DNA of 64,000 nucleotides from Bdellovibrionales bacterium (GTDB taxonomy: Bacteria; Bdellovibrionota; Bdellovibrionia; Bdellovibrionales; UBA1609), in contig JAWLHR010000015.1 in assembly GCA_041690295.1 (NCBI GenBank), positions 15,102 through 79,101 on the forward strand. The letters are read 5' to 3'. How positions within the stretch are numbered: the stretch's first letter is position 1; every line of letters starts with the position of its first letter. A program made the translations under genes and the position numbers. Below the pieces are notes generated by a model, which saw only the letters and a list, made by a program, of their open reading frames with translations, was not told the DNA's origin and made no database searches. Below are positions 20,101 through 30,433 of this stretch, piece by piece.

Positions 20101-20838
20101 GCGGAAAAGGAACTGGAGTTGAATCTGGCCGAGAACGCCGAATGGCGGAGTTACATGAGTGGATTGGACGAGATTGATCGCATCCGTTTCATGACTCATC
20201 AGTATGCCGACTCCTTTCTGACGAAGTACGCCGATTTGACCGTGAGCCGGTCGGACAAGGTGCCTCTCGATTCGCCGGAACAGCCGGGCTTTTTTCAGAA
20301 ATTGCGCAAACTGCGCGTCGCCCAAGGCGAAGGCTTTTGGGCGCAAAGGATGCGCACCCTTCTTCGCGCTTTGGAATCACCCATGGACACTTCGGCGTAC
20401 AAACCCGGATTCACCAATTGGTGCCGCCGCAATATTCCCTGGTTTCAGGACTTCAGAGCGCAAGGAACCATGATCGCTCGGAACGTTTGGACCGCTCTGA
20501 CCGTCACTTACCTGGTTCAGTATTACGTTTGGCAGGTGAAATTCGCCTGGCCGACTTGGATCTTCTTCTACTTTACCGGCGCATTGACCAGTATTTTAAG
20601 TTATTGGCTGGATCGATTGATGATCAACACCGGCGTTCGGCCCATGGAAGATATCGTTTCCAAAATCAGGTACAGCGTGATTTACACATGGCTCACTTAC
20701 CCGAGCTACATTCCGTTTTTCCTTTTTTACGACCGCTTCAACAGCTTTTGGGCGAAATGGGTCGCCACACCCTTCGGGCAATATGTGGTCCGTCCCCTTG
20801 GGCGGACCTGCGAGCAATTGTTGCAGAATCTGTTTTAG
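17110..20838 (+). CDS. Giant hypothetical secreted/membrane protein (1242 aa)
   Basis: 3.7-kb ORF; signal peptide MISRRTFKRWVSAIVAVAISVITPAPLNA; several central and C-terminal TM-like segments. Confidence 0.85.
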   Translation: MISRRTFKRWVSAIVAVAISVITPAPLNATNSFTEFTPDFNFKGLQARDPLFKEFANAPWAPPRIGPFEASDPILDADPFFMRSQSFGAAISPRDETSFSFDGRSLRIQLAGTDQSLIIHQPLKPLFQLDPFLFFQVTDKRLFEERGTGDDYGEGIFFLDSRYLRTELAKPNDRRPVPVFFIPLDGTGWTGPIQMIGVDLFNTVAIRNANGETASFDLQHIAELAKALHNNVILATVMALKHDPRAAQELRRGAQRGLPGTLELPFALPPRGSTAAFGLFFTGVNLDNPAHGVRPVIARAGFDFSLLPRAHASDLLSPDVLDRLLIVGQVTGVTFILSWLAQHTILRQTMRDRRDFVEAREDRARARKGEPPPDRSTVFYKIKRYGAETVDVFSHSLSALASGPVAATGYALEYIADRYLGKTGRSPNGLIRRFLDKTLLYSRRQNEMILVNWNTFFLGVVILGGIDSLGVVIQLLYASPIFFPWVGSLISPEMEQKALQQFSGQDIEANNIITSEVMRNLTAYFVTGAYSYSANQRNILLEIVRPEVERQMALEGKDFNDPRFLGEYNHRIETRLELMLVERGLPTNKEFLFSGPSLMRSIAHLMGYKVDREKLYQSRDFKPDMDLSGIPENERRELLQKAERERRISSQIDRLLREAAQFPENATEYEQLKRSAETFKTALVRNLEAQFDRETFALERARWGLAGHALKRALFAAIEMSERHPENENLRNAVALLRETRRKFHVFWNLLRNPLRAPSAFKEAYRIRKILALLSYEGPVLILEAVKYLDLWEEAKASPGGAQWAARLYRQALFGLIENRPGYLQPSESDLREKLPAALQEADEVIRNLPPELEMDETDREIIAVEIVKQKAIEEQLRRRRESWRPREPDNLDFIMTRAQRGHAHREAMIAVVRASGKPMPRDPMIEAALASGHSEWIMQFTGSDTRVARFAEPLLVENPELVPVYREAFRRAMAETLSLEVLPPEQSALVREVQEMAEKELELNLAENAEWRSYMSGLDEIDRIRFMTHQYADSFLTKYADLTVSRSDKVPLDSPEQPGFFQKLRKLRVAQGEGFWAQRMRTLLRALESPMDTSAYKPGFTNWCRRNIPWFQDFRAQGTMIARNVWTALTVTYLVQYYVWQVKFAWPTWIFFYFTGALTSILSYWLDRLMINTGVRPMEDIVSKIRYSVIYTWLTYPSYIPFFLFYDRFNSFWAKWVATPFGQYVVRPLGRTCEQLLQNLF

Positions 20839-20875
20839 CCTGAATTTACGCTAATTTAGGCCGGAAAAATGCCTA

Positions 20876-20904
20876 TTGACGCTCGTCGGGCGTACCCTTA
20901 TCTT
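20876..20904 (+). promoter_or_regulatory. Sigma70 promoter of tRNA-Leu
   Basis: TTGACG-17 bp-TATCTT, ending 9 bp before the tRNA. Confidence 0.7.
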
Positions 20905-20913
20905 TGTGCCAAT

Positions 20914-21000
20914 CCCCAGGTGGCGAAATTGGTAAACGCACCAGCTTGAGGGGCTGGCGCCCGCAAGGGTTTGCTGGTTCAAGTCCAGTCCTGGGGACCA
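20914..21000 (+). tRNA. tRNA-Leu(GAG)
   Basis: Acceptor CCCCAGG/CCTGGGG, discriminator A, encoded CCA; anticodon arm CCAGC-TTGAGGG-GCTGG; long variable arm; GGTTCAAGTCC. Confidence 0.97.
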
Positions 21001-21098
21001 TTTTCCTTTCGGCCTCCCTCAGGTCGTCGGCTTCCCTGCTTCCTTGTGACGTGAATCATATCTTCCGCTAGATTGAAAAGGTTAAAACTAAACTTCGC

Positions 21099-21515
21099 AT
21101 GTACCACATCACCAAGAAGTTTCGGTTTGAGGCCGCGCACCGCTTGATCGCGCCTTATTCGGGCAAGTGTTCCAATTTGCATGGCCATTGCTGGGTCGTG
21201 AAAGTCCATGTTCGTGCCCCTCACCTTGATGAGCGGGGTTTTGTGAAAGATTTCGTCGAGCTAAAACCGCTCGAGCAGTGGATACGAGAGAACCTTGATC
21301 ATGGGACTCTGGTTTCCGAACGTGATTTACGATTGCTGGAATGGCTCGAGGAAAATTCGCAAAAGCATTATCTTTTTCCGGTGAATCCCACCTCGGAGGC
21401 GATCGCGAAATTGCTTTTCGATGTGGGTCGAAATCTGAGTCTGGAAATCGATCGGGTGGAAATCCGGGAGACCTCGACCGCCTCGGCCGGGTTCATCGGC
21501 GTCGGGGAGTGTTGA
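21099..21515 (+). CDS. queD: 6-carboxy-5,6,7,8-tetrahydropterin synthase
   Basis: FEAAHRL, CSNLHGH, LDH, NPTSEAIA, RETS. Confidence 0.92.
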   Translation: MYHITKKFRFEAAHRLIAPYSGKCSNLHGHCWVVKVHVRAPHLDERGFVKDFVELKPLEQWIRENLDHGTLVSERDLRLLEWLEENSQKHYLFPVNPTSEAIAKLLFDVGRNLSLEIDRVEIRETSTASAGFIGVGEC

Positions 21516-21519
21516 ACTA

Positions 21520-22107
21520 TCACTTCCGGTCGTTCGCCATGAAAGCCACCAGATCTTTATGATCGGCTTTCACTCCGTCGAGCGCTTTGCGCGGCACACC
21601 TTCCTTATCCAGATAGACCAATCGATTGGAATGCGCGAAACCGCCTTCCTTTTCTTTGGCGTAGGTGATGCCCAGAACCGCGGCGAGTTCACGAACATCG
21701 GCGGCGGATCGCGGTGAAAGCATGGTCCAAGGTTCACGGTTTATTTTTCTTTCCTTGAGATATTCCGCCACCCGGCGCGGATTGTCGCGTTCGTGGTCAA
21801 ACGAGGCCAGTACGATTTTGTAATTCCTTACGCCTTTCTTTTTCAGATCGGTTTCAATCTCCTTAAGCTTGGCGATCATCAGCGGGCAAGTGTACTGGCA
21901 ATGAGTGTAGATCATCGTCATGAGGATTTTCTTGCCGTGGAAATCGGCCAAGCGGATTTCTTTGCCGGAGGGATCAAGCCAGATCGTTTCGATGTTATAA
22001 ACCGATTCACCTTTGAACTCGGGCGCGCTCGCTTTGTTTTTTTGATCGGCCCCACAGGTCACGGCAAGCACGAGGGCGAGCGCCAATAATGATTTTCTTT
22101 TACTCAT
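21520..22107 (-). CDS. SCO1/SenC copper chaperone (probable lipoprotein)
   Basis: YTHCQYTCP (CxxxC), SFDHERD, FAHS; N-terminal hydrophobic segment ending in AVTC. Confidence 0.9.
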   Translation of the reverse strand: MSKRKSLLALALVLAVTCGADQKNKASAPEFKGESVYNIETIWLDPSGKEIRLADFHGKKILMTMIYTHCQYTCPLMIAKLKEIETDLKKKGVRNYKIVLASFDHERDNPRRVAEYLKERKINREPWTMLSPRSAADVRELAAVLGITYAKEKEGGFAHSNRLVYLDKEGVPRKALDGVKADHKDLVAFMANDRK

Positions 22108-22891
22108 TTCTTTCTCCTTTCACGCACCGAAACCCCAAGTTTCTGATCGTGGAGGTTCCCTTCAAAGAGGAGCGGAACGCGAACCGCATAAACGCCGGAT
22201 AATTTTCCTTATTGCCGCCCGCCAATGACCCCGCGGCGCACACCAACTCACGCTCAATCGAACCGTTGGTTCGGCTCTCGCCGGAGATTAAACTGGAGTT
22301 GAAATCTTCAATCCATTCCCAAATCAATCCATGAAGATCGTAAAGGCCGTAGTAGTTGGGTTTGCCGCGGCCGACTGGGGGCACAGGTCCGCTCCCCGGT
22401 GGCTTGTTGTACCATTCGATCAGGCGGGCGAGATAATCCGGATCTTCGCTGGCATCGGCTTTCGTTTCACTGGCGGCGCCCAAATATTCCCACTCCGCAA
22501 GTGAGGGGAGCCTGAGCCCATGGCTTTCACAATAGGCCCGGGCGGCGAACCACGATACGTAGGTCACCGGTGCCCGGGGGTGGATCTCTTTTTTTAAGCG
22601 CAAGTCGGACGCGAACTGCTCAAGATAGGACGGGTCGGCGAATATCCTTTTGATTTTCGATTTGCGCCATTTTGGATTGGCGCGAACGAAGTCGACATAC
22701 TCCGAATTGGTGACAGGAAGATTCATGGCATGAAAAGGTGGAATTCTGATTTTCTCCTGCTCGCCGGTGATGTCCGTCGGCGCGATCCAAAACGGCTTAA
22801 GTTCACCGCCCGGAATTTGAACCAAACGCGGCTTGATCTGGTTGGCGTGAGCCGTGAAAAAAATGAAGGCCAGCGTGAGAACATGAAGCAT
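22100..22891 (-). CDS. FGE-sulfatase/SUMF1-domain protein (NirV-like)
   Basis: PVTNSEY, PVTYVSWFAARAYC, RLPSLAEWE, PNYYGLYDLHGLIWEW, NLGFRC; downstream of nirK. Confidence 0.88.
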   Translation of the reverse strand: MLHVLTLAFIFFTAHANQIKPRLVQIPGGELKPFWIAPTDITGEQEKIRIPPFHAMNLPVTNSEYVDFVRANPKWRKSKIKRIFADPSYLEQFASDLRLKKEIHPRAPVTYVSWFAARAYCESHGLRLPSLAEWEYLGAASETKADASEDPDYLARLIEWYNKPPGSGPVPPVGRGKPNYYGLYDLHGLIWEWIEDFNSSLISGESRTNGSIERELVCAAGSLAGGNKENYPAFMRFAFRSSLKGTSTIRNLGFRCVKGERNE

Positions 22892-22899
22892 TTCCTATC

Positions 22900-24333
22900 C
22901 TATTGCCCGATTCCGACCACGCCGCTGGGTTTGACCTTGGCGGCTTCCTCGGGCGTGACGGTCTGCTTGGAGTTGCCCCAAGCGCTGTAAACGTAGGTCA
23001 GAACATTGGCGACTTCTTCATCGGTCAGACTCAAAGCGGGCATGACGCCGTTATAAGACTCTCCATTGACAACAATGGGCCCGGAGAGACCGCCTTTCAC
23101 GATGCCGATGGCGCGGGTCTTGTCGGCGTTTAAAAAATCCGAGTTCGCCAGTGGGGGAAAGGCGTGGGGCACTCCGCGTCCGTCCGCCTGATGGCAAGCG
23201 GTGCAGTTTTGTTCGTAAATCGTTTGCCCCATCCGGATGCGCTCCTCCAGTGATTTCGCGATTCTGACTTCAGCTTCGGGAGTTTTGGGGAGCGCGCCGC
23301 CCTCGGGCAGGTAAACTCTCTCGGAGATCAATCCCGAATAGATAATTTTGTCTTCCGGCCCTTCGGCCTTGATCATGCCCAAGGCGCCCTTGTTGAAAGC
23401 GCGCAATATCGCGTGGTCCACCATGATGTAGGTTCCGGGGACATCGATCTTGAATTCCACGATCGCGGCGCCGCCGGCGGGAACCGTCGTGGTGGCGAGA
23501 TTCCGATTAACCGACGTTCCACCCTCAACATAAACTTTCTCAAAAATCTCACCAATCAGATGAAAAGACGAAGTCAGATTGGGGCCACCGTTACCCACGT
23601 ACAAACGAACGGTCTCGCCGACTTTGGCGGGCAGAGCCTTATCGCCGTTCAACGCGCCGACGGATCCGTTGAACAGCACGTAAGTGGGCTTTTCCTCGAT
23701 CGCCTTTTCCATGCTGAAGGGTTGATAACCCTGTTCTCCGTATTTCCCCTTCGTGTAGAAATCGCCTTGCATGACGTAATGCTCGCGATCGACTTTCGGT
23801 AATCCCTCTTTGGGTTCGACCAAAATCAGACCGTACATGCCGTTGCCAACATGCATACCGATCGGCGCGGCCGCGCAATGATAGACAAAAAGTCCATGAT
23901 TGAGGGCTTTGAATGAAAATATGGTTTCCCGTCCCGGCGCGGTCATCGACGCGGAAGCGCCTCCTCCGGGACCGGTGACCGCGTGCAAGTCAATGTTATG
24001 GGGCATTTTACTGGTTGGATGGTTGCTCAGATGAAATTCGACAAGATCACCTTCCTTGATCCGGATGAAACTGCCAGGCACGGTTCCGCCGAATGTCCAA
24101 AAGGTGTAGTCCACGCCGTCAGCGATTTTCATGCGCTTCTCGAGAACTTCGAGATGAACGATCACTTTCGTGTTGTGTTTTCTCGTGATCGGCGGTGGCA
24201 CTTCAGGCGGCGCGGTGAGTTTCGCCACCTCTTCGCCGATGATCTTGTCGGATTTCGGACAGCCGGTGATGAGCAAGGAAATCGCTAAAATCGCCTTCGT
24301 TTTGAAATCGCCCACGCTTGAAGGGCGGAGCAA
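22900..24333 (-). CDS. nirK: Copper nitrite reductase, lipoprotein, fused to a C-terminal cytochrome c
   Basis: [13 protein letters not shown].....[22 protein letters not shown] copper ligands; CTACH heme motif and GVMP; lipobox LITGC; TTG start with GAGGGG 8 nt upstream. Confidence 0.95.
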   Translation of the reverse strand: MLRPSSVGDFKTKAILAISLLITGCPKSDKIIGEEVAKLTAPPEVPPPITRKHNTKVIVHLEVLEKRMKIADGVDYTFWTFGGTVPGSFIRIKEGDLVEFHLSNHPTSKMPHNIDLHAVTGPGGGASASMTAPGRETIFSFKALNHGLFVYHCAAAPIGMHVGNGMYGLILVEPKEGLPKVDREHYVMQGDFYTKGKYGEQGYQPFSMEKAIEEKPTYVLFNGSVGALNGDKALPAKVGETVRLYVGNGGPNLTSSFHLIGEIFEKVYVEGGTSVNRNLATTTVPAGGAAIVEFKIDVPGTYIMVDHAILRAFNKGALGMIKAEGPEDKIIYSGLISERVYLPEGGALPKTPEAEVRIAKSLEERIRMGQTIYEQNCTACHQADGRGVPHAFPPLANSDFLNADKTRAIGIVKGGLSGPIVVNGESYNGVMPALSLTDEEVANVLTYVYSAWGNSKQTVTPEEAAKVKPSGVVGIGQ

Positions 24334-24393
24334 GGCTCATGCCCCTCAGGATGACGCTGGTGTATTCGCAACGTCTCGGATCAACTCCGCTCT

Positions 24394-24606
24394 TTAAGCC
24401 GCCGGACGGAATGTTGTTTTGGATGCTAAGATGTACTGAGTTCGGGTTCGCACTTCCAATGTGTTTCGGCAATGATTGCATTGGCAGGTGATCTGCGTTT
24501 CCTTATCCCTGAAGGAAACATTCATCATCACCGAGAAATTGCCCTTCTTATGACAACATGGGCATTCGGCGTTCTTCGCCATCATTTCAACTTCAGATAA
24601 TCTCAT
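24394..24606 (-). CDS. Small zinc-ribbon-like protein (70 aa)
   Basis: CPCC...CQCNHC; ATG 24606 follows a G-rich RBS and lies just downstream of a sigma54 promoter. Confidence 0.7.
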   Translation of the reverse strand: MRLSEVEMMAKNAECPCCHKKGNFSVMMNVSFRDKETQITCQCNHCRNTLEVRTRTQYILASKTTFRPAA

Positions 24607-24631
24607 CAAAAAAACCCCCCACTTTAAAGAT

Positions 24632-24647
24632 TGCAAGGGGTTTGCCA
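24632..24647 (-). promoter_or_regulatory. Sigma54 (-24/-12) promoter for the zinc-ribbon/nirK operon
   Basis: Minus strand TGGCAAACCCCTTGCA = TGGCA-N6-TTGCA with exact GG-N10-GC spacing. Confidence 0.75.
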
Positions 24648-24663
24648 TGACCAATCCCTCGAA

Positions 24664-24707
24664 TTTCAATAATTTGCATCGAAAACGACTGTCGAATCGC
24701 GATTCGA
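24664..24707. promoter_or_regulatory. IHF-like site plus a perfect 16-bp palindrome (candidate enhancer)
   Basis: TTTCAATAATTTG (24664-24676) is one mismatch from WATCAANNNNTTR; TCGAATCGCGATTCGA (24692-24707) is self-complementary. Confidence 0.5.
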
Positions 24708-24730
24708 TGTCTAAAGGCTGACCAGGTTAA

Positions 24731-24892
24731 CCAAACGGGATCTGTTTTGGGTCCCATACACGGGCGGCAGGACGCTGCCGGCAATAATCCACATGGACGG
24801 AGGCAGGACGCCTCCACAGGGTTGTTGCCTGAAACGAGGTCGGAACGAAGCTGCGGCGGACGGCTAGCAGCGGAAATGGAGAACACCATGGA
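24731..24892 (+). ncRNA. Putative CsrA/RsmA-binding structured RNA (sRNA or 5' leader)
   Basis: 10 GGA motifs in about 160 nt; hairpins GGCGGC-AGGAC-GCTGCC and GGAGGC-AGGAC-GCCTCC display CAGGACG; enclosing stem GCAATAATCC/GGGTTGTTGC. Confidence 0.5.
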
Positions 24893-25022
24893 CGAAGCGA
24901 TCTTTCTCTACGGGTTCGCGGCCTTGATGATGGTCAATCTTCTCGCCTCGGTCCTCTATTACACGGGAATCAGCCGGTTTCGCTCTCACATGCGCCGGCG
25001 GAGCCCCACGAATACCAAGTGA
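24888..25022 (+). CDS. Small single-pass membrane protein (44 aa)
   Basis: MDEAIFLYGFAALMMVNLLASVLYYTGISRFRSHMRRR...; GGAGA RBS; hydrophobic helix followed by a basic tail. Confidence 0.5.
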   Translation: MDEAIFLYGFAALMMVNLLASVLYYTGISRFRSHMRRRSPTNTK

Positions 25023-25072
25023 ATTTGCTCTCAATGCTGGACAGCGGCAATCCCGGCGGCTACTAATCGCCT

Positions 25073-27186
<2,114 letters not shown>

Positions 27187-27245
27187 GTCGTCATTGCCTT
27201 TTCGCGGCGTCAGAGGTCATAAAGAGACTCCAGATTTTTGAGGAG

Positions 27246-27575
27246 TTGATCGATATGTTTTCAACCATTGCTTGGGCTCAGAATGCCGCGCCCGCCGCTC
27301 CGTCTTTGATGGAGCAATTGTTTCCGTTTGCCGTCATTTTACTCATTTTCTTTTTTCTCGTGATTCGGCCCCAACAACGCCGCATGAAAGAACGGGATAA
27401 GTTTCGGAGTTCATTGAAAAAAGGCGATTCGGTTTTGACATCGGGTGGGATTCTCGGAACGATTGAAGGCCTGACTGATCAGGTGGTGACTTTGCAGGTC
27501 GCTAACGGCGTTAAAATCAAAGTTTTGCGGTCGGCCATTGCCGGCGGAGCCAACGAGGAGCTGGAGAAGAAATGA
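27246..27575 (+). CDS. yajC: Preprotein translocase subunit YajC
   Basis: TM helix then IRPQQRR, LKKGDSVLTSGGILG; tgt-yajC-secD synteny. Confidence 0.95.
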   Translation: MIDMFSTIAWAQNAAPAAPSLMEQLFPFAVILLIFFFLVIRPQQRRMKERDKFRSSLKKGDSVLTSGGILGTIEGLTDQVVTLQVANGVKIKVLRSAIAGGANEELEKK

Positions 27576-29260
27576 TCGAGGGGTTTAAGGGGCGAACGGT
27601 TCTTGTCCTTTTGTTTTTATTATTCTGTGGGATTTATCTGCTTCCCAATTTTGTGACCCTGCCCGAGGGCTGGTGGTTTCATAAAAAGAAACTGAACTAC
27701 GGTTTGGACATCCAAGGCGGCTCCCATTTGGTTTATGGCGTGGATGTTAAAGGCGTGATGCGCGAGCGCACCGAGCGGACCGCCCGTGCGCTGACCGCCG
27801 AATTTAAAGATCGCTCGATTCAAGCCACCGCCACCGTCATCGGTGAAAATCATGACATCATAAAAATCGAGGGAGCCAGCGAAGCGGATCGTGACAAGGC
27901 CGAAGCCTACTTGAATTCCGATTACTCCACGCTCTTACAAATTCTTGGCAAGTCGGGCTCGACGCTCGAAGCGCGCTACCTTGATGCGAAAATTGAGGAG
28001 TACCGCCAGCAAGTGGTCGGTCAGGCGATCGAAGTGATTCGGAACCGGGTCGATGAATTTGGCGTGGCCGAACCGGTGATCGCGGCGCAAGGGCGGGATC
28101 GGATCTTGGTGCAACTTCCCGGGATCAGTGATCCGGGGCGCGCCAAAGAGTTGATCAATAAAACCGCTCGCCTTGAGTTTCGCTTGGTGGACGAATCCAA
28201 AACGCCTGACCAGGTAGCACAGATGGTGGCCGAGGCGGAAAAAGCCGGTGGATTCGCGCTAGGACAGGACGGGCTGACGTACGGAGCGTACGTTAAAAAA
28301 GTGAATGAAGCTCTTAAAGACAAACTTCCACCCAACACCATGATCGCGTTTGAAAAAGATCCGAATGCGCGGACGATGGAGGCCGGTAAGACGGCTTTTC
28401 TGCTTCGCACCGATACCGATGTGAGCGGCGATCAGCTTGAGGACGCCTTCATGACCTTCGGTGAATATGGTGAGCCCAAAGTGGGTTTTCGCTTCGGCAC
28501 GGATGGTCGCCGTAAATTCGCGCAAGTGACAGGGGCGAATATCGGTAAACAACTCGCTATCGTTCTGGACGAAGTTGTGTATTCCGCGCCTGTCATTCGC
28601 GACCGGATCGATGGACAGGGTGAAATCTCCCTCGGCGGTAACCGCGAGAATATGCAAAAAGAGGGTCAGTTGATCGCCACGGCCCTTCGCGCGGGAGCGC
28701 TTCCCGCGTCTTTGCAGCAGCTTGAAGAACGAACGGTTGGTCCTTCACTGGGTGCGGACTCAGTGCAAAAGGGTCAGATGGCCGGTATCGTAGGGTTCAT
28801 TCTCATCGTCGCCTTTGTTCTTATTTATTATAAAATCTCGGGCGTTGTCGCATCGGTCAGTCTTTTTCTCAACGTGGCTTGTTTGTTGGCGATCCTAAGT
28901 GCTTTGGGTGCGACTCTCACACTGCCGGGTATCGCGGGTATCGCTTTGACCGTGGGTATGGCGATTGACGCGAACGTGATTATTTTTGAACGCATCAAAG
29001 AGGAGCTCGCGCGGGGAGCCAGTATGAAAGCCGCGATTGAAGATGGTTTTCGTAATGCCTGGTCGGCGATTTTGGACTCCAATCTGACCACCGCCATCGC
29101 GGCGGCGGTTTTGATTTACTTCGGCTCCGGTCCGGTTCGTGGTTTCGGCGTCACCCTGATCGCCGGTATCGCATCGACGATGATCACGGCGGTGTTTATC
29201 AGTCATTGGATGATGGACGGGTTATTGGGCATTTTTAAAGGTAAGAAGTTCGCGATTTAA
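27572..29260 (+). CDS. secD: Protein translocase subunit SecD
   Basis: GLDIQGG, IRNRVDEFGVAEP, LTLPGIAG, GMAIDANVIIFERIKEE. Confidence 0.97.
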   Translation: MIEGFKGRTVLVLLFLLFCGIYLLPNFVTLPEGWWFHKKKLNYGLDIQGGSHLVYGVDVKGVMRERTERTARALTAEFKDRSIQATATVIGENHDIIKIEGASEADRDKAEAYLNSDYSTLLQILGKSGSTLEARYLDAKIEEYRQQVVGQAIEVIRNRVDEFGVAEPVIAAQGRDRILVQLPGISDPGRAKELINKTARLEFRLVDESKTPDQVAQMVAEAEKAGGFALGQDGLTYGAYVKKVNEALKDKLPPNTMIAFEKDPNARTMEAGKTAFLLRTDTDVSGDQLEDAFMTFGEYGEPKVGFRFGTDGRRKFAQVTGANIGKQLAIVLDEVVYSAPVIRDRIDGQGEISLGGNRENMQKEGQLIATALRAGALPASLQQLEERTVGPSLGADSVQKGQMAGIVGFILIVAFVLIYYKISGVVASVSLFLNVACLLAILSALGATLTLPGIAGIALTVGMAIDANVIIFERIKEELARGASMKAAIEDGFRNAWSAILDSNLTTAIAAAVLIYFGSGPVRGFGVTLIAGIASTMITAVFISHWMMDGLLGIFKGKKFAI

Positions 29261-29272
29261 AGGGTGGATGGG

Positions 29273-30235
29273 ATGACAAAAGACAATCGCAGTGGGAAGG
29301 ACTGGGGACGTTTTGACTTTCTCCGTTGGTCTAATTTTTTCACCGTCGTTACGGGATTGATCGTCGCGGCGTCTTTGGCTCTCATGGCTGTGAAAGGCCT
29401 TAAGTACGGCGTGGATTTCGCCGGCGGCATCGAGTTGCAGGTGCACTTTGAAAACCCGGTCGAGGCGGGCCGCGTTCGCCAGTTCATGGAACAGTCCGGA
29501 CACCCGCAAGCCAACGTGCAGGCACTGGGAAGTGAAAACGAGTATTTGATTTACATCCAGTCGGTGGAGAATGCCCACGAAAAATCGGACGCCCAAGAAA
29601 ATGAGGAAATCCAAGCGATCGTGCAGAAGCTGAAATCGGAAATGACCACCCATTTCGCCGCGGAAAAAGCGGATGTCGTGCGGGTGGATACGGTAGGACC
29701 TCAAATCGGCGCCGAGCTCAAACGCAACGGAATATTGGCGGGGTTTTACTGTTTCTTGCTGATCTTGATTTATATCGGACTTCGTTTTGACTACCGGTAT
29801 GCGCCGGCCGCGGTTTTCTGTTTGTTTCACGACGCCATCGTCACCATGGGAATTTACTCGCTTTTCCAATGGGAATTCACCGTGCAAACGCTGGCGGCGG
29901 TTCTCACCATCATCGGTTACTCTTTGAACGACACCATCGTGATTTTCGACCGGATTCGCGAAAATGTCGTCGTTCATCGGGACAAAAACCTTTATTGGAT
30001 TTCGAATCGGTCCATCAATGAAACATTATCGCGCACCATTTTGACGACTTTGACGACGGGATTCATGGTGGTTGCCATGTACGTTTTGGCGGACGGCGCG
30101 ATTCAAGACTTCTCGCGGGCAATGTTGATCGGAATGGTGCTTGGCGTGTTCTCAACGGTCTATGTGGCAACGCCGTTGATGCTCATGGCGGATAAATACC
30201 AGAAGAGCAAACGCAAAAGTCTTCAGGCGGCCTGA
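29273..30235 (+). CDS. secF: Protein translocase subunit SecF
   Basis: YGVDFAGG, VGPQIGAEL, FHD, IGYSLNDTIVIFDRIRE; exact start uncertain (29264 or 29273). Confidence 0.97.
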   Translation: MTKDNRSGKDWGRFDFLRWSNFFTVVTGLIVAASLALMAVKGLKYGVDFAGGIELQVHFENPVEAGRVRQFMEQSGHPQANVQALGSENEYLIYIQSVENAHEKSDAQENEEIQAIVQKLKSEMTTHFAAEKADVVRVDTVGPQIGAELKRNGILAGFYCFLLILIYIGLRFDYRYAPAAVFCLFHDAIVTMGIYSLFQWEFTVQTLAAVLTIIGYSLNDTIVIFDRIRENVVVHRDKNLYWISNRSINETLSRTILTTLTTGFMVVAMYVLADGAIQDFSRAMLIGMVLGVFSTVYVATPLMLMADKYQKSKRKSLQAA

Positions 30236-30247
30236 AGAGGAGTTGTA

Positions 30248-30433
30248 ATGACGGAGATTTCCGGGGTGATTCGTTGGAACGGAAAGTTCATTCGTGGACT
30301 GGCCGAAACCATATTGGAGCGCGCCCGGACGGTGAGATCGTCGTTAAAACTCTCTTCGTATAAACGAAAATCAAAATCCAAAAAGCGGCCGGCCCGTAAA
30401 AACCGGATCACCAAGCCGCGAATGTCCAAATGA
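30248..30433 (+). CDS. Small basic hypothetical protein (61 aa)
   Basis: GAGGAG RBS; fills the secF-queC gap; stop overlaps the queC ATG (ATGA); K/R-rich C-terminal half. Confidence 0.55.
   Translation: MTEISGVIRWNGKFIRGLAETILERARTVRSSLKLSSYKRKSKSKKRPARKNRITKPRMSK

Noticed and set aside
21060..21092. preQ1-I riboswitch-like features upstream of queD (weak ATCTT/AAGGT stem, CTAG in the loop, AAAACTAA tail)
   Set aside because: It lacks the closing G-C pair and the conserved UUC and AC loop nucleotides of class I aptamers; more likely AT-rich promoter DNA. An Rfam scan would settle it.
24333..24340. Out-of-frame ATG just upstream of nirK suggesting a frameshift
   Set aside because: That ATG is only 1 nt from GAGGGG, whereas the in-frame TTG has 8-nt spacing and gives an intact lipoprotein signal.
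24365..24390. FNR/NnrR box upstream of nirK
   Set aside because: Only a TTGAT half-site on the minus strand; no ATCAA partner at 4-nt spacing.
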